DNA of 53,137 bases from Actinomycetota bacterium. Lineage in GTDB: Bacteria > Actinomycetota > Thermoleophilia > Gaiellales > Gaiellaceae. Of the stretch, positions 40,346 through 48,510 are shown one piece after another. Location of the stretch: NCBI GenBank assembly GCA_046725655.1, contig JBKOYZ010000115.1, positions 1-53,137 on the forward strand, read 5' to 3'. How positions within the stretch are numbered: position 1 is the first letter of the stretch; every line of letters starts with the position of its first letter. The notes beneath the pieces are model-generated. The model did not search any database. It was not told where the DNA came from and saw nothing but the letters and a program-made list of their open reading frames with translations. A program made the position numbers and the translations under genes.

Positions 40346-40479
40346 ACCGGGATTAGCGGTCGCGCCGCCATGTCGGCGCGACCTCTTAGGCGGCGCCGCA
40401 AGCGACGCCTCGGCGTGTATTCGCGCAGCTGCGCTCCAGCCTGCCTGACGACTGAGCCGGGATGAGCGGTCGCGCCGCC
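40307..40479. repeat. 63-nt direct repeat pair (period 110 nt, 3 mismatches)
   Basis: 40307-40369 and 40417-40479. Each contains GTATTCGCGCAGCTGCGyTCCAGCCTGCCTGACGACTGA plus rCCGGGATkAGCGGTCGCGCCGCC. Confidence 0.85.
40347..40415. repeat. double-hairpin interspersed element, copy A
   Basis: CCGGGATTAGC + 10-bp perfect hairpin (GGTCGCGCCG/CGGCGCGACC) + TCTTAG + second hairpin with GCAAG loop + GGCG. Lies between convergent genes. Confidence 0.7.
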
Positions 40480-40480
40480 T

Positions 40481-41371
40481 TCAAGCAACGCGGCGCTTTC
40501 GCGCCGACCCGCCGCGCCGCTTCTTCGTAGCGCGGGCGTGTAGCTCCTTCAGCTTCCGGACCTCGTCGGCGTCAGGGCCGTGCCCGTCCTTGCCCGGCAC
40601 CTCGAGGAGCGCGGGCAGCCGCTGCAGCTTCGGGTGCGAGAGGAAGACGCCGAGATCCTCCCCGAGCAGACCTGCGCCGATGTTGTCGTGCCGGTCGCGG
40701 TTCGAGCCCAGCGGCGCCTTCGAGTCGTTGACGTGCAAGACGCGGAGGCGGTCGAGCCCGATGGAGGCCTCCACCTCCGCGAGGACGCTGTCGAGCTCCT
40801 TGCGCTTCGTGACGTCGTACCCCGAGGCGTAGAGGTGGCACGAGTCGAGGCAGATGCCGAGCCGCTCGTGTCGCTCGAGTGCCTCGTACAACGCCGCGAG
40901 CTCCTCGATCGAACGCCCGATCGTGTCGCCGGCGCCGGCCGTGTTCTCGATCAGCAGCCACGTCGTCTCGGAGCAGCGCTCGAGCGTCGAGCGCAGCGCC
41001 GGCACGACGCGCTCGAGCGCAGCCTCGAAGCCGGCGCCCTGGTGCGAGCCGACATGGAAGACGACGCCGTCGGCCTCGATCGCACAGGCGACGTCCATCG
41101 TGTTCTGCAACGAGGCGACGGACTTCCCGTACAGCTCGTCGTTCGGGCTCGCGAGGTTGATCAGGTACAGCGCGTGGCAGACGACGCCACCGATCCCGGC
41201 CTCCGCCCGCCGCTCCTTGAACCGCTCGAAGTTCGCCGGATCGTGGTTCGTCGGCCGCCACGCGCGCGGGCTCTGCGTGAAGATCTGGACGGCGTCGCCG
41301 TCCATCGCCTCGATCCGGTCGATCGCGGTGTGAATCCCGCCGGAGGTGGAGACGTGGGCGCCGAGCTGCAC
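40481..41371 (-). CDS. nfo: deoxyribonuclease IV (AP endonuclease, Nfo family)
   Basis: MQLGAHVS, HALYLINLASP, VFHVGSH, LIENTAG, CLDSCHLYASGY, LHVNDSK. Basic C-terminal tail KKRRGGSARKRRVA. Confidence 0.9.
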   Translation of the reverse strand: MQLGAHVSTSGGIHTAIDRIEAMDGDAVQIFTQSPRAWRPTNHDPANFERFKERRAEAGIGGVVCHALYLINLASPNDELYGKSVASLQNTMDVACAIEADGVVFHVGSHQGAGFEAALERVVPALRSTLERCSETTWLLIENTAGAGDTIGRSIEELAALYEALERHERLGICLDSCHLYASGYDVTKRKELDSVLAEVEASIGLDRLRVLHVNDSKAPLGSNRDRHDNIGAGLLGEDLGVFLSHPKLQRLPALLEVPGKDGHGPDADEVRKLKELHARATKKRRGGSARKRRVA

Positions 41372-41381
41372 GAGCCGGACG

Positions 41382-42416
41382 CTAGCGAAGCCACGCCGCG
41401 AGGCCGCGCGCCTCGGCCTCGAGCTCGCGGCGGGTCGTTCGCGGCAGCGGCGCGAAGGATTCGAGCACGATCCGGTGGTCTTTCCGGTGCCACAGGCCGG
41501 CGACGAACCCGTCGGCGAGGAACGTCTGCTGCACGTCGCCGTTCTTGTGGATCACGGTCTTCCGGTACTCGTCCGGCAGCACGCGCGTGCGGTCCTTGTG
41601 CGCGAGCAGGAGCTCATCCCAGCGCGGCAGAAGGCGCGGCGGCGCCGACTCGTCACCCGCCGCGAGCGGCGCGCGCGGGAGGTCGAGCAGCTCGCGGCCG
41701 TGCTCGTCGCGGAGGGAGCGAAGCTCAAGCGCCTCGAACCCGGCCTCGAGGTCGCGGATCGCCACTCCGCTCCACTGCGAGACGTCGCCCCTTGTCGCGG
41801 GCCCGAACGCGGCGAGGTAGCGCCTGATCAGGTGCGCGGCCGCTTCGGGCTGCGACGGCAGCTCGTGCTCCATCGGCCGGTACGTCGGCGAGCCCTGGAA
41901 GTCGTACGCAGCGCATTCCGGCAGCTGCTCGAGCCGCGCCAGCGAGACCACCCACGAATAGGTGCGTAGCTCGTCGTACTCGGTCGTTCGCGAGTGGAAC
42001 CCGAGCGCCTTCATGATCTCCGTGCGCGTCCGCGGCTGCTCGCGCGTCAGGCGGACGACCTTGTCGACCAGCCTGCGCGGCGGCGGCTTCATGCCCCGCA
42101 CCCGGCCGGCCGTCCGCGACTCGCGCACAGCGGCGTCGAAGAACGGGTAGTCGGTTGTGGCGACAAGGTGCATCGTCGCGCGCATCAGCAGCGCCTTGAC
42201 GACGCGCCCCTGAAGAAGCGCCCGCTCGAGCGAGCGGCGCTCGAACCCGTCCAGCCGCGACCAGAGCGCGAGGTACGGCGAGGACGGCAGCTGCGCCTGG
42301 AGCCCCGCCAGCCGCTCGGCGGCGCGCGTCGGAGACAAGCGCGCACGGCGAAGCAGGAGTTGCCGCAAGAGCGTCGTCCGGTTGAGCTCGCGCAGGCTGA
42401 GGACGCGCTCGGCCAC
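41382..42416 (-). CDS. winged-helix DNA glycosylase of the AlkZ/YcaQ (HTH_42/DUF1006) family
   Basis: LNRTTLLRQLLLRR...AGLQAQLPSSPYLALWSRL, typical of the family. Q-A-Q at the position of the catalytic Q-phi-Q/D motif. 10 nt upstream of nfo on the same strand. Confidence 0.7.
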   Translation of the reverse strand: MAERVLSLRELNRTTLLRQLLLRRARLSPTRAAERLAGLQAQLPSSPYLALWSRLDGFERRSLERALLQGRVVKALLMRATMHLVATTDYPFFDAAVRESRTAGRVRGMKPPPRRLVDKVVRLTREQPRTRTEIMKALGFHSRTTEYDELRTYSWVVSLARLEQLPECAAYDFQGSPTYRPMEHELPSQPEAAAHLIRRYLAAFGPATRGDVSQWSGVAIRDLEAGFEALELRSLRDEHGRELLDLPRAPLAAGDESAPPRLLPRWDELLLAHKDRTRVLPDEYRKTVIHKNGDVQQTFLADGFVAGLWHRKDHRIVLESFAPLPRTTRRELEAEARGLAAWLR

Positions 42417-42433
42417 GGCAGTACGCTACTGCC

Positions 42434-43714
42434 GTGGCCGTTCGCGTCCGCTTCGCGCCGAGCCCGACGGGTTACCTGCACATCGGCGGCGCCCGCACGG
42501 CGCTCTTCAACTGGCTCTTCGCCCGCCACGACGGTGGCGAATTCCGTCTGCGGATCGAGAACACGGACACGAGCCGCGAGGTCGCGGAGGCCACGGAGCA
42601 GATCCAGGACTCCCTACGCTGGCTGGGGCTCGACTGGGACGGCGACCTGACGTTTCAGCTGGATCGGATGGAGGACGCGCAGCAGGCGGCGCGACGGCTG
42701 CTCGACGAGGGCAGGGCCTTCGAGGACGAGGGCGCGATTCGCTTCCGCATGCCCGACGAGGGGATCACAGCCTGGGACGACCTCGTGCTCGGGCGGGTCG
42801 AGGTGCCGAACGAGAGGCTCGAGGATGTCGTCCTCGTCCGCTCAGACGGGCGGCCGACGTACAACTTCGTCTCACCGCTCGAGGACGCGCTCGACGGGAT
42901 CACTCACGTGATCCGCGGCCAGGACCACGTCTCGAACACGCCGAAGCAGCTTCGCATCCTCGAGGCGTTGAACGCAGAGCTGCCCGCGTACGCGCACGTG
43001 CCGTTGATCAACGGCCCGGACGGTCGCAAGCTCTCGAAGCGGCGGCACGAGACCGTCGCGGTCGAGGACTTCCGCCGGGAGGGGTACATCCCGGAGGCGC
43101 TCTTCAACTTCCTCCCCCTGCTCGGGTGGAGCTACGACGACCGCACGGAGCTGATGACGCGCGAGGAGCTGGTCGAGCGCTTCTCGCTGGAGCGCGTCGG
43201 CAAGAGCGCCGCGATCTTCGACTACGAGAAGCTGAAGCACATGAACGGGGTCTACCTGCGAGCATTGCCTCCGGACGAGTACGCCGACCGGCTGGTCGCC
43301 TACCTCCGCGAGCAGGGCTACGACTGGGACGAGAGCGTGATCCGGAGAGTGGCGCCGCTCGTGCAAGAGAAGATCGCCACGTTCGGCGAGTTCCCGAGCT
43401 TCGCAGGCTTCTTCTTCGAGCGCGTCCCGCCCGCGGAGCTCGAGGACGGACGCGTCATCCCCGCGGCCGTCGAGACGCTGGCCGCCGTCGAGCCGTTCGA
43501 GGCGGCGGAGATCGAGTCGGCGTTACGGGCGCTCGCGGAGCGCCTCGGACTCAAGCCGCGGCAGGCGTTTCAGCCGATCCGTCTCGCCTTGACCGGGTCC
43601 TCCGTGTCGCCGGGTCTCTTCGAGAGTCTGGAGGTGCTCGGGAAGGAGGAGTCGCTGGCGCGGATCGCCGCAGGCAGCGGCCTCGGCGGCGCGAGCGGGT
43701 CGAGCGCGAGCTGA
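42434..43714 (+). CDS. gltX: glutamate--tRNA ligase
   Basis: FAPSPTGYLHIGGARTA (HIGH), KLSKR (KMSKS), C-terminal RLALTGSSVSPGLFESLEVLGKEE. GTG start 17 nt from the divergent gene. Confidence 0.95.
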   Translation: MAVRVRFAPSPTGYLHIGGARTALFNWLFARHDGGEFRLRIENTDTSREVAEATEQIQDSLRWLGLDWDGDLTFQLDRMEDAQQAARRLLDEGRAFEDEGAIRFRMPDEGITAWDDLVLGRVEVPNERLEDVVLVRSDGRPTYNFVSPLEDALDGITHVIRGQDHVSNTPKQLRILEALNAELPAYAHVPLINGPDGRKLSKRRHETVAVEDFRREGYIPEALFNFLPLLGWSYDDRTELMTREELVERFSLERVGKSAAIFDYEKLKHMNGVYLRALPPDEYADRLVAYLREQGYDWDESVIRRVAPLVQEKIATFGEFPSFAGFFFERVPPAELEDGRVIPAAVETLAAVEPFEAAEIESALRALAERLGLKPRQAFQPIRLALTGSSVSPGLFESLEVLGKEESLARIAAGSGLGGASGSSAS

Positions 43715-43839
43715 AAATCGCGCCAGGCTCGCCGCCGGAACTCCGCCGTGGGGCGCGGCAGCAGCTGTTCGGTCCAAGTCAACGCAAGACAGACAGGTTT
43801 TAGGGCTCCTTAGCGGTAACGACCGCCCTGCCGGTGCGG

Positions 43840-44421
43840 TTACGGCCGCGGCACGTAGACGAGCAAGCCGCCGGCGAAGAGCGCCAGTCCGAGTACCCAC
43901 ACCGGCCAGAGCGCGAGCGTCGCACCGGCCGCGAAGACGAGGGCCCCGCTGAGCGCGAGCACCGTGGCCGTGAGAGCGCTTGCGCCCCCCGGGAGATCAG
44001 GCCGAGCCGCCTCGGCCTGGAGCGGCCGCGGCGTGGCCACCCGAAGCCGCGCGAGCCGCACCCGAAAGAGCGCGCCGCGCCACTCGTGGAGCAAGGGCTC
44101 GGCGGCCGCCGGCCCTCCGACCTCGAGCGCCTCCGCCACGTCCGCCGTCGCGTCGCGCGCCGAAGCGAGTGCCGCAGCGAGCTCGGCATGCGCGGCCTCG
44201 CCGCCGGGCGGCGGCTGCAGTCCCAGAGCCAGCTCGGCAGAGGCGTGCAGCCCGTACTGCAAAGAGGGGAGCCGCTCGAGCACGTCGTCCTCGTCGACCA
44301 GCTCGTCGAAGTCGGACGCGATCGCCTCCAGCTCGCGCAGCGCGCGGCCGAGTCGCCGCCACAGTCCCGTGAGTGCGGCCGCGTAGCCCTCGCGCTGCCC
44401 GCTGGCGACGCCCGGTCTCAC
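43840..44421 (-). CDS. hypothetical membrane protein (helical N-domain, 2 C-terminal TM)
   Basis: 193-aa ORF with TM segments ALTATVLALSGALVFAAGATL and VWVLGLALFAGGLLVYV. No family recognised. Confidence 0.45.
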   Translation of the reverse strand: MRPGVASGQREGYAAALTGLWRRLGRALRELEAIASDFDELVDEDDVLERLPSLQYGLHASAELALGLQPPPGGEAAHAELAAALASARDATADVAEALEVGGPAAAEPLLHEWRGALFRVRLARLRVATPRPLQAEAARPDLPGGASALTATVLALSGALVFAAGATLALWPVWVLGLALFAGGLLVYVPRP

Positions 44422-44504
44422 GGCGCGATCTTACCGCGAGACCCACGCCTCAAAGGACGGGGAGCGACGGCCGGAGTGCGACGCTCAGCTAAATTGCAGC
44501 GCCC

Positions 44505-46016
44505 ATGAGCGTCACGGCAGTCCGCACGCCTGCGGAATACGAATCCGAGCTCCGCCGCTATCTGTACGAGCGGTCCGAGGAGGGCCGGGCCGTGCGCGTG
44601 GGTGAAAAGGAGGTCTCGGAGCGCGCCGAGATCGTCGCCCGATACCGCGATCTCTTCTCCCGCGAGCAGGTGGACGCGCTGCGATCCGCCGAGGAGGAGG
44701 CCACCGAAGCGGGCGAGCGGGAGCGGCTCTACCGGCTGCGCAAGACCTGTGAAGGCGGCATCGTCGCCGCTGAGCTCGCCGAGCGGGAAGACGCGCTGGA
44801 GAACGCGATTCTCGCCGCGCGCGTCAGCTTCGAGGACGAGGAGCTCCCGCTCCGCTCGGCGCAGGCTCGGCTGGCCGTCCTCCCGGACTACGGCAGGCGC
44901 GAACAGCTCGGCACGCTGAGCGCCGACCGCTCGGCGCAGTTCAACGACGAGCGGCTCGACGTTCTGCGCGCCGGCGAAGAGCTTGAGGCGGAGATCTCCG
45001 GTGAGCCCGGGCCGGTCGCGCGCAACGAGGAGGAGAAGGGAATCTCGCTCCGGGAGCTCGAGTCCGCCCTCGCTCAGGTCAGCGAGCGCTCGACGAGCGC
45101 GTACGTCGTGCTCCGCGACCGCTGGTTCGAGGGGCTGCTCGGGCCCGAGCGCGACGAGGTGCCGTCGTCGTACCACGTCGCTTACCTTCGGCGCCTTTCG
45201 CCGCTCGAGTCGACGTACACGAAGGACCGCGCGGTCGAGGTCTGCATGGATACGGTGAAGCGGCTCGGCTTCGACCTGGAAAAGGAGCCGAACGTGCGGC
45301 TCGATCTCGACGACCGGCCGCAGAAGTCGCCGCGCGCCTGTGTGATTCCGTCCGACCCGCCGACCGTCGTCCACCTGATCACGCGGGCCCAGGGTGGCCT
45401 CCACGACTACCAGGCATTCCTGCACGAGGCCGGGCACGCGCTCCACTACGCCGGCTGCGACCCGGGTCTGCCGTACACCTTCCGGAACCTCTCGCGCGAT
45501 CACGCGCTGACCGAGATCTACTCGTACATCTTCGAGGCGATCACGCGGGAGCCGGAATGGCACGCACACTACTTCGGCCTCTCCGACGACGAAGCCGAGC
45601 GAAACGCGGAGGCGACCACCTTCCTGGAGGCGCTGCTGTATCGGCGCTACACCGCGAAGCTGCAGTTCGAGCTCGACTTCTGGTCACGCTTCAACGAGGA
45701 CGGCGGCAGCGCGGACGGCTACGCCGAGCGTCTGACGGAGGCGGCGGGCGTCAAGTACCGGCCCGACGGCTACCTCGCCGACATGGATGCCGGGTTCTAC
45801 TCGGCGGACTACCTGCGCGCGTGGATCCGCTCGGCCCAGCTGCGTGACCACCTCGTGCGCGAGGTCGGGGACGACTGGTGGCGGAACGCCGAGACGGGCG
45901 AGCGCCTGCGCACGCTCTTCGCCGAGGGAACGCAACCCTCGAGCGAGGAGGTCGCGGCACGCCTCGGCTATCAGCCGCTGGATACCGGGCCTCTGGTCCG
46001 AGAACTCGGCGCCTAA
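44505..46016 (+). CDS. zinc metallopeptidase, M3 (oligoendopeptidase F)-like
   Basis: HEAGHALHY HExxH motif, with a downstream Glu in LTEIYSYIFE at M3-like spacing. Confidence 0.55.
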   Translation: MSVTAVRTPAEYESELRRYLYERSEEGRAVRVGEKEVSERAEIVARYRDLFSREQVDALRSAEEEATEAGERERLYRLRKTCEGGIVAAELAEREDALENAILAARVSFEDEELPLRSAQARLAVLPDYGRREQLGTLSADRSAQFNDERLDVLRAGEELEAEISGEPGPVARNEEEKGISLRELESALAQVSERSTSAYVVLRDRWFEGLLGPERDEVPSSYHVAYLRRLSPLESTYTKDRAVEVCMDTVKRLGFDLEKEPNVRLDLDDRPQKSPRACVIPSDPPTVVHLITRAQGGLHDYQAFLHEAGHALHYAGCDPGLPYTFRNLSRDHALTEIYSYIFEAITREPEWHAHYFGLSDDEAERNAEATTFLEALLYRRYTAKLQFELDFWSRFNEDGGSADGYAERLTEAAGVKYRPDGYLADMDAGFYSADYLRAWIRSAQLRDHLVREVGDDWWRNAETGERLRTLFAEGTQPSSEEVAARLGYQPLDTGPLVRELGA

Positions 46017-46040
46017 GTCGCACCTGTGAGGCAAGTCCGA

Positions 46041-46109
46041 CCGGGATTAGCGGCCGCGACGGCAAGCCGCCACGGCCTCTTAGTCGGCACCGCAAGAGGT
46101 GCCGAGGCG
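46041..46109. repeat. double-hairpin interspersed element, copy B
   Basis: CCGGGATTAGC + imperfect 11-bp hairpin + TCTTAG + TCGGCACC-gcaaga-GGTGCCGA + GGCG. Lies between convergent genes. Confidence 0.7.
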
Positions 46110-46129
46110 AACTCGGCGCCTAGCTGCGC

Positions 46130-46588
46130 CTACAGTCCGGGAAGGCTGAAGGCGCCCCGGATCAACGTGTCAAGCGGGGCCTTCTCGACCAGCTCGCGGA
46201 GGAGAGGGGCGAGGAAGGCCGGAACGTCGCCGCGCTGCGTCGCCTCGTCGAGCGCGCGCAGCATCCCGGCGCGGACGGCGGTCTCGATCGTGTGACGGTC
46301 CCACCGCGGCCCGCGCTCGGTGGTTCCCGGGCCCAACGAGAGCACGAGATCCTCCCGCGTGACGCCGAGACGACAGGCGGCGCCGTCGAGGCCGTCGAGG
46401 ACCACCCGCTGCACGGTCGCGTCGAAGCCACCGCCCGGAAACGCAGCGCGGTGCTGGCACGGCTTCGCAGGGACCGGGGAGACGGCGTTCGTCGCGCCCT
46501 TGCCGAGCTCGACCGCGATCAGCGTGACGCCGGCGACGACGAGCGCCGCGAGGAGTGCGGTAGCGCGGTTGCGTCTGGCCGCGATCAC
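46130..46588 (-). CDS. hypothetical membrane-anchored protein
   Basis: GTG 46588 overlaps the MFS stop (GTGA). N-terminal TM ALLAALVVAGVTLIAV. The upstream part of the 313-aa ORF is out-of-frame MFS overlap. Confidence 0.5.
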   Translation of the reverse strand: MIAARRNRATALLAALVVAGVTLIAVELGKGATNAVSPVPAKPCQHRAAFPGGGFDATVQRVVLDGLDGAACRLGVTREDLVLSLGPGTTERGPRWDRHTIETAVRAGMLRALDEATQRGDVPAFLAPLLRELVEKAPLDTLIRGAFSLPGL

Positions 46589-47979
46589 TCGACCGCCCTC
46601 CGGCGAAAGACGAGCGCGGCGACGAGCGCGAGTGCGGCGAACGCCGCGGAAAGCAGGAACGCCGGGCGAAAGGCGCGCGTGATCGTGCCCTCGATCGTCG
46701 CGATCAGCCGGTCGCGGACCTCGGCGACGCCGCTTTCGTCTCGGGCGCCGTGGTCGTTGAACGGCTTCGCCAGGTCGGGAATCTCGCCGTCCTGCGCACG
46801 CTCGAACTCGCGCGCGAGGTCGATCGCGACTGGCACCTTCGTCCCCAGGCCGATGTGTCCGTCCAGGAGGACGGCCGTCGCCTTCAGCTTCGCTTCGTCG
46901 CCCGCCGCGGGCAGCTTCGCCGCCAGCAGTGGAGCGATCGAGGCGAGCGCGAGGACGAGCCCGAGGTGGCGGACGCCGATCGTGAACGTCGCCCTCCTCG
47001 TCAGTCCTGGACCCGAGCCGAGCGCAGCGGCGGAGAGCACCGGGATCGCAAGCCCGAGCCCGGCGCCGCACAGCGCGAGCGCGCTCGCGGCGAAGGCGAC
47101 GCTCGACGACGGCAGCAGCGCGAGCGCGACGAGCCCGAGCGCGAGCAGGGCCGCGCCACCGCAGACGGCGGTCAGCCGCGCCAGGCGCCGCTCCAGCGGC
47201 CGAGCGCAGACTGCCGCCAGCGGAAGCGTGCTCACGATTGCCGCGCCGGCGAGCGGCGAATACCCCCAGACCGTGATCACGAGCAGGACTGCGAGGAAGA
47301 GCGCGCCGACGAGCGCGCCGAAGATCAGAGCGAGACAGAGGTTCGCGGGCGTCGCTCGGACGAGCGAGCGACGCCAGCCCTCCTCTAGTGGAGGCGACTG
47401 CGGGCCCCCGAAGGTCGCGACCAAGCCGGCGGCTGCGACCGGCGCCTGGGCGACGAAGATCGCCCGCCAGTCGAAGGCCTGCGTCAGCGCACCGCCGAGG
47501 GCCGGCCCGAGGGCGGCCCCGTACGTGCCGGCGAGCGTCCAGACGGCGGCGGCGCGCGCTGCCGAGCCGGTCAGCGAGGTGAGCACGGGCAGGGAGCCCG
47601 CGAGGAGCAGGGCGGCGCCGGTGCCCTGCACGGAGCGGGCTGCGACGAGGAAGGGAAGACTGTTTGCGAGCGAGCAGGCGACAGACGCGGCAAGGAAGAG
47701 GAGCAGACCGGCGCGGAGCACGGCCTCGGCGCGAATCCGGTGCACACGCACGACGAGCACGAGCGCCGTCACTGCGACTGCGGCGTTGTACGCCGTCACC
47801 ACCCAGGCGACGCCGGCGATGGTCGTGTGCAGCTCTCCGTACAGCTGCGGCAGCGCGAGCACGACGATCGAGGAATCGGCGAAAGCAATCGCGACCGCGG
47901 CGGCGACGAGTGCCGCCAGCGGCAGAGCCCGTCGCCGGACTCGAACCTCGGCGGGAATCGTGGGCGCGACGCCGTTCAT
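46585..47979 (-). CDS. MFS transporter (DHA2-like) with soluble insert before the last TM
   Basis: ATG 47979 preceded by AAGGAG. Multiple TM segments with FADSSIVVLALPQL and ARSVQGTGAALL-type motifs. Confidence 0.75.
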   Translation of the reverse strand: MNGVAPTIPAEVRVRRRALPLAALVAAAVAIAFADSSIVVLALPQLYGELHTTIAGVAWVVTAYNAAVAVTALVLVVRVHRIRAEAVLRAGLLLFLAASVACSLANSLPFLVAARSVQGTGAALLLAGSLPVLTSLTGSAARAAAVWTLAGTYGAALGPALGGALTQAFDWRAIFVAQAPVAAAGLVATFGGPQSPPLEEGWRRSLVRATPANLCLALIFGALVGALFLAVLLVITVWGYSPLAGAAIVSTLPLAAVCARPLERRLARLTAVCGGAALLALGLVALALLPSSSVAFAASALALCGAGLGLAIPVLSAAALGSGPGLTRRATFTIGVRHLGLVLALASIAPLLAAKLPAAGDEAKLKATAVLLDGHIGLGTKVPVAIDLAREFERAQDGEIPDLAKPFNDHGARDESGVAEVRDRLIATIEGTITRAFRPAFLLSAAFAALALVAALVFRRRAVE

Positions 47980-48107
47980 GGGTGACTCCTTACACCAAAA
48001 CCACGCCGCTCGGGGGCGCCCGCCGAGCTGGGTCAGCTCAGGGTCGCCGTCGAGCACGAGCAGCGGGACCCTGTACGCGCTCGGCAGGAACGCGTGCGGG
48101 GTGAGTA

Positions 48108-48197
48108 AAGGGCGACGAGGCAGCCAACGACCAGGGCGATCTCGTCGATCGACGGGTCACGCTCCGGCAGGTGGCGATGCAGCCACCGTACGGCGAA
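48108..48197 (-). other. conserved peptide-coding-like segment, copy 1 (no canonical start)
   Basis: Encodes FAVRWLHRHLPERDPSIDEIALVVGCLVAL. 23/30 aa identical to the plus-strand copy at 52966-53055; 7 of the differing codons are synonymous. Confidence 0.35.
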
Positions 48198-48216
48198 GCC
48201 CGACCGCGAGTCGAAC

Positions 48217-48510
48217 TTAGCGGCGGCCGTCGCGGCGCACTTGAGCGAGGACCTCGGCGCCGTCGTTGATGCTGCGGACAGCCTCCGCCAGCCCGTTCCC
48301 GGCGGCGATCGGAGAGGAGGAAGCACTGATCGCAGCCGGCACGAGCACCACGGTCGCATCAAGGCGCAAGAGCGGGATGCCCAGGAGACGGGCACGGACC
48401 GACGCCTGGACGAGCGCTCCCTCCGAGAGGCGTCTGTTGCGATCAATCGCCGCCGTCAGTGCGACCGGAGCCGACGTGTTGACGCCGCGGGCAGCGCGAA
48501 CCCGCTTCAC
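48217..48510 (-). CDS. hypothetical protein (97 aa)
   Basis: GTG 48510 overlaps the stop of the upstream gene (GTGA). Mostly G/C at third codon positions (hand count). No family recognised. Confidence 0.5.
   Translation of the reverse strand: MKRVRAARGVNTSAPVALTAAIDRNRRLSEGALVQASVRARLLGIPLLRLDATVVLVPAAISASSSPIAAGNGLAEAVRSINDGAEVLAQVRRDGRR

Noticed and set aside
40307-40479. Diversity-generating retroelement (variable repeat at the gene 3' end plus a template repeat downstream)
   Set aside because: There is no reverse transcriptase in the window. The repeat is only 63 nt, and the 3 differences (T/C, A/G, T/G) are not adenine-specific.
43715-43839. tRNA genes downstream of gltX (a common arrangement)
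   Set aside because: I found no T-loop-like GGTTCGAATCC-type motif or cloverleaf there or anywhere else in the window by eye.
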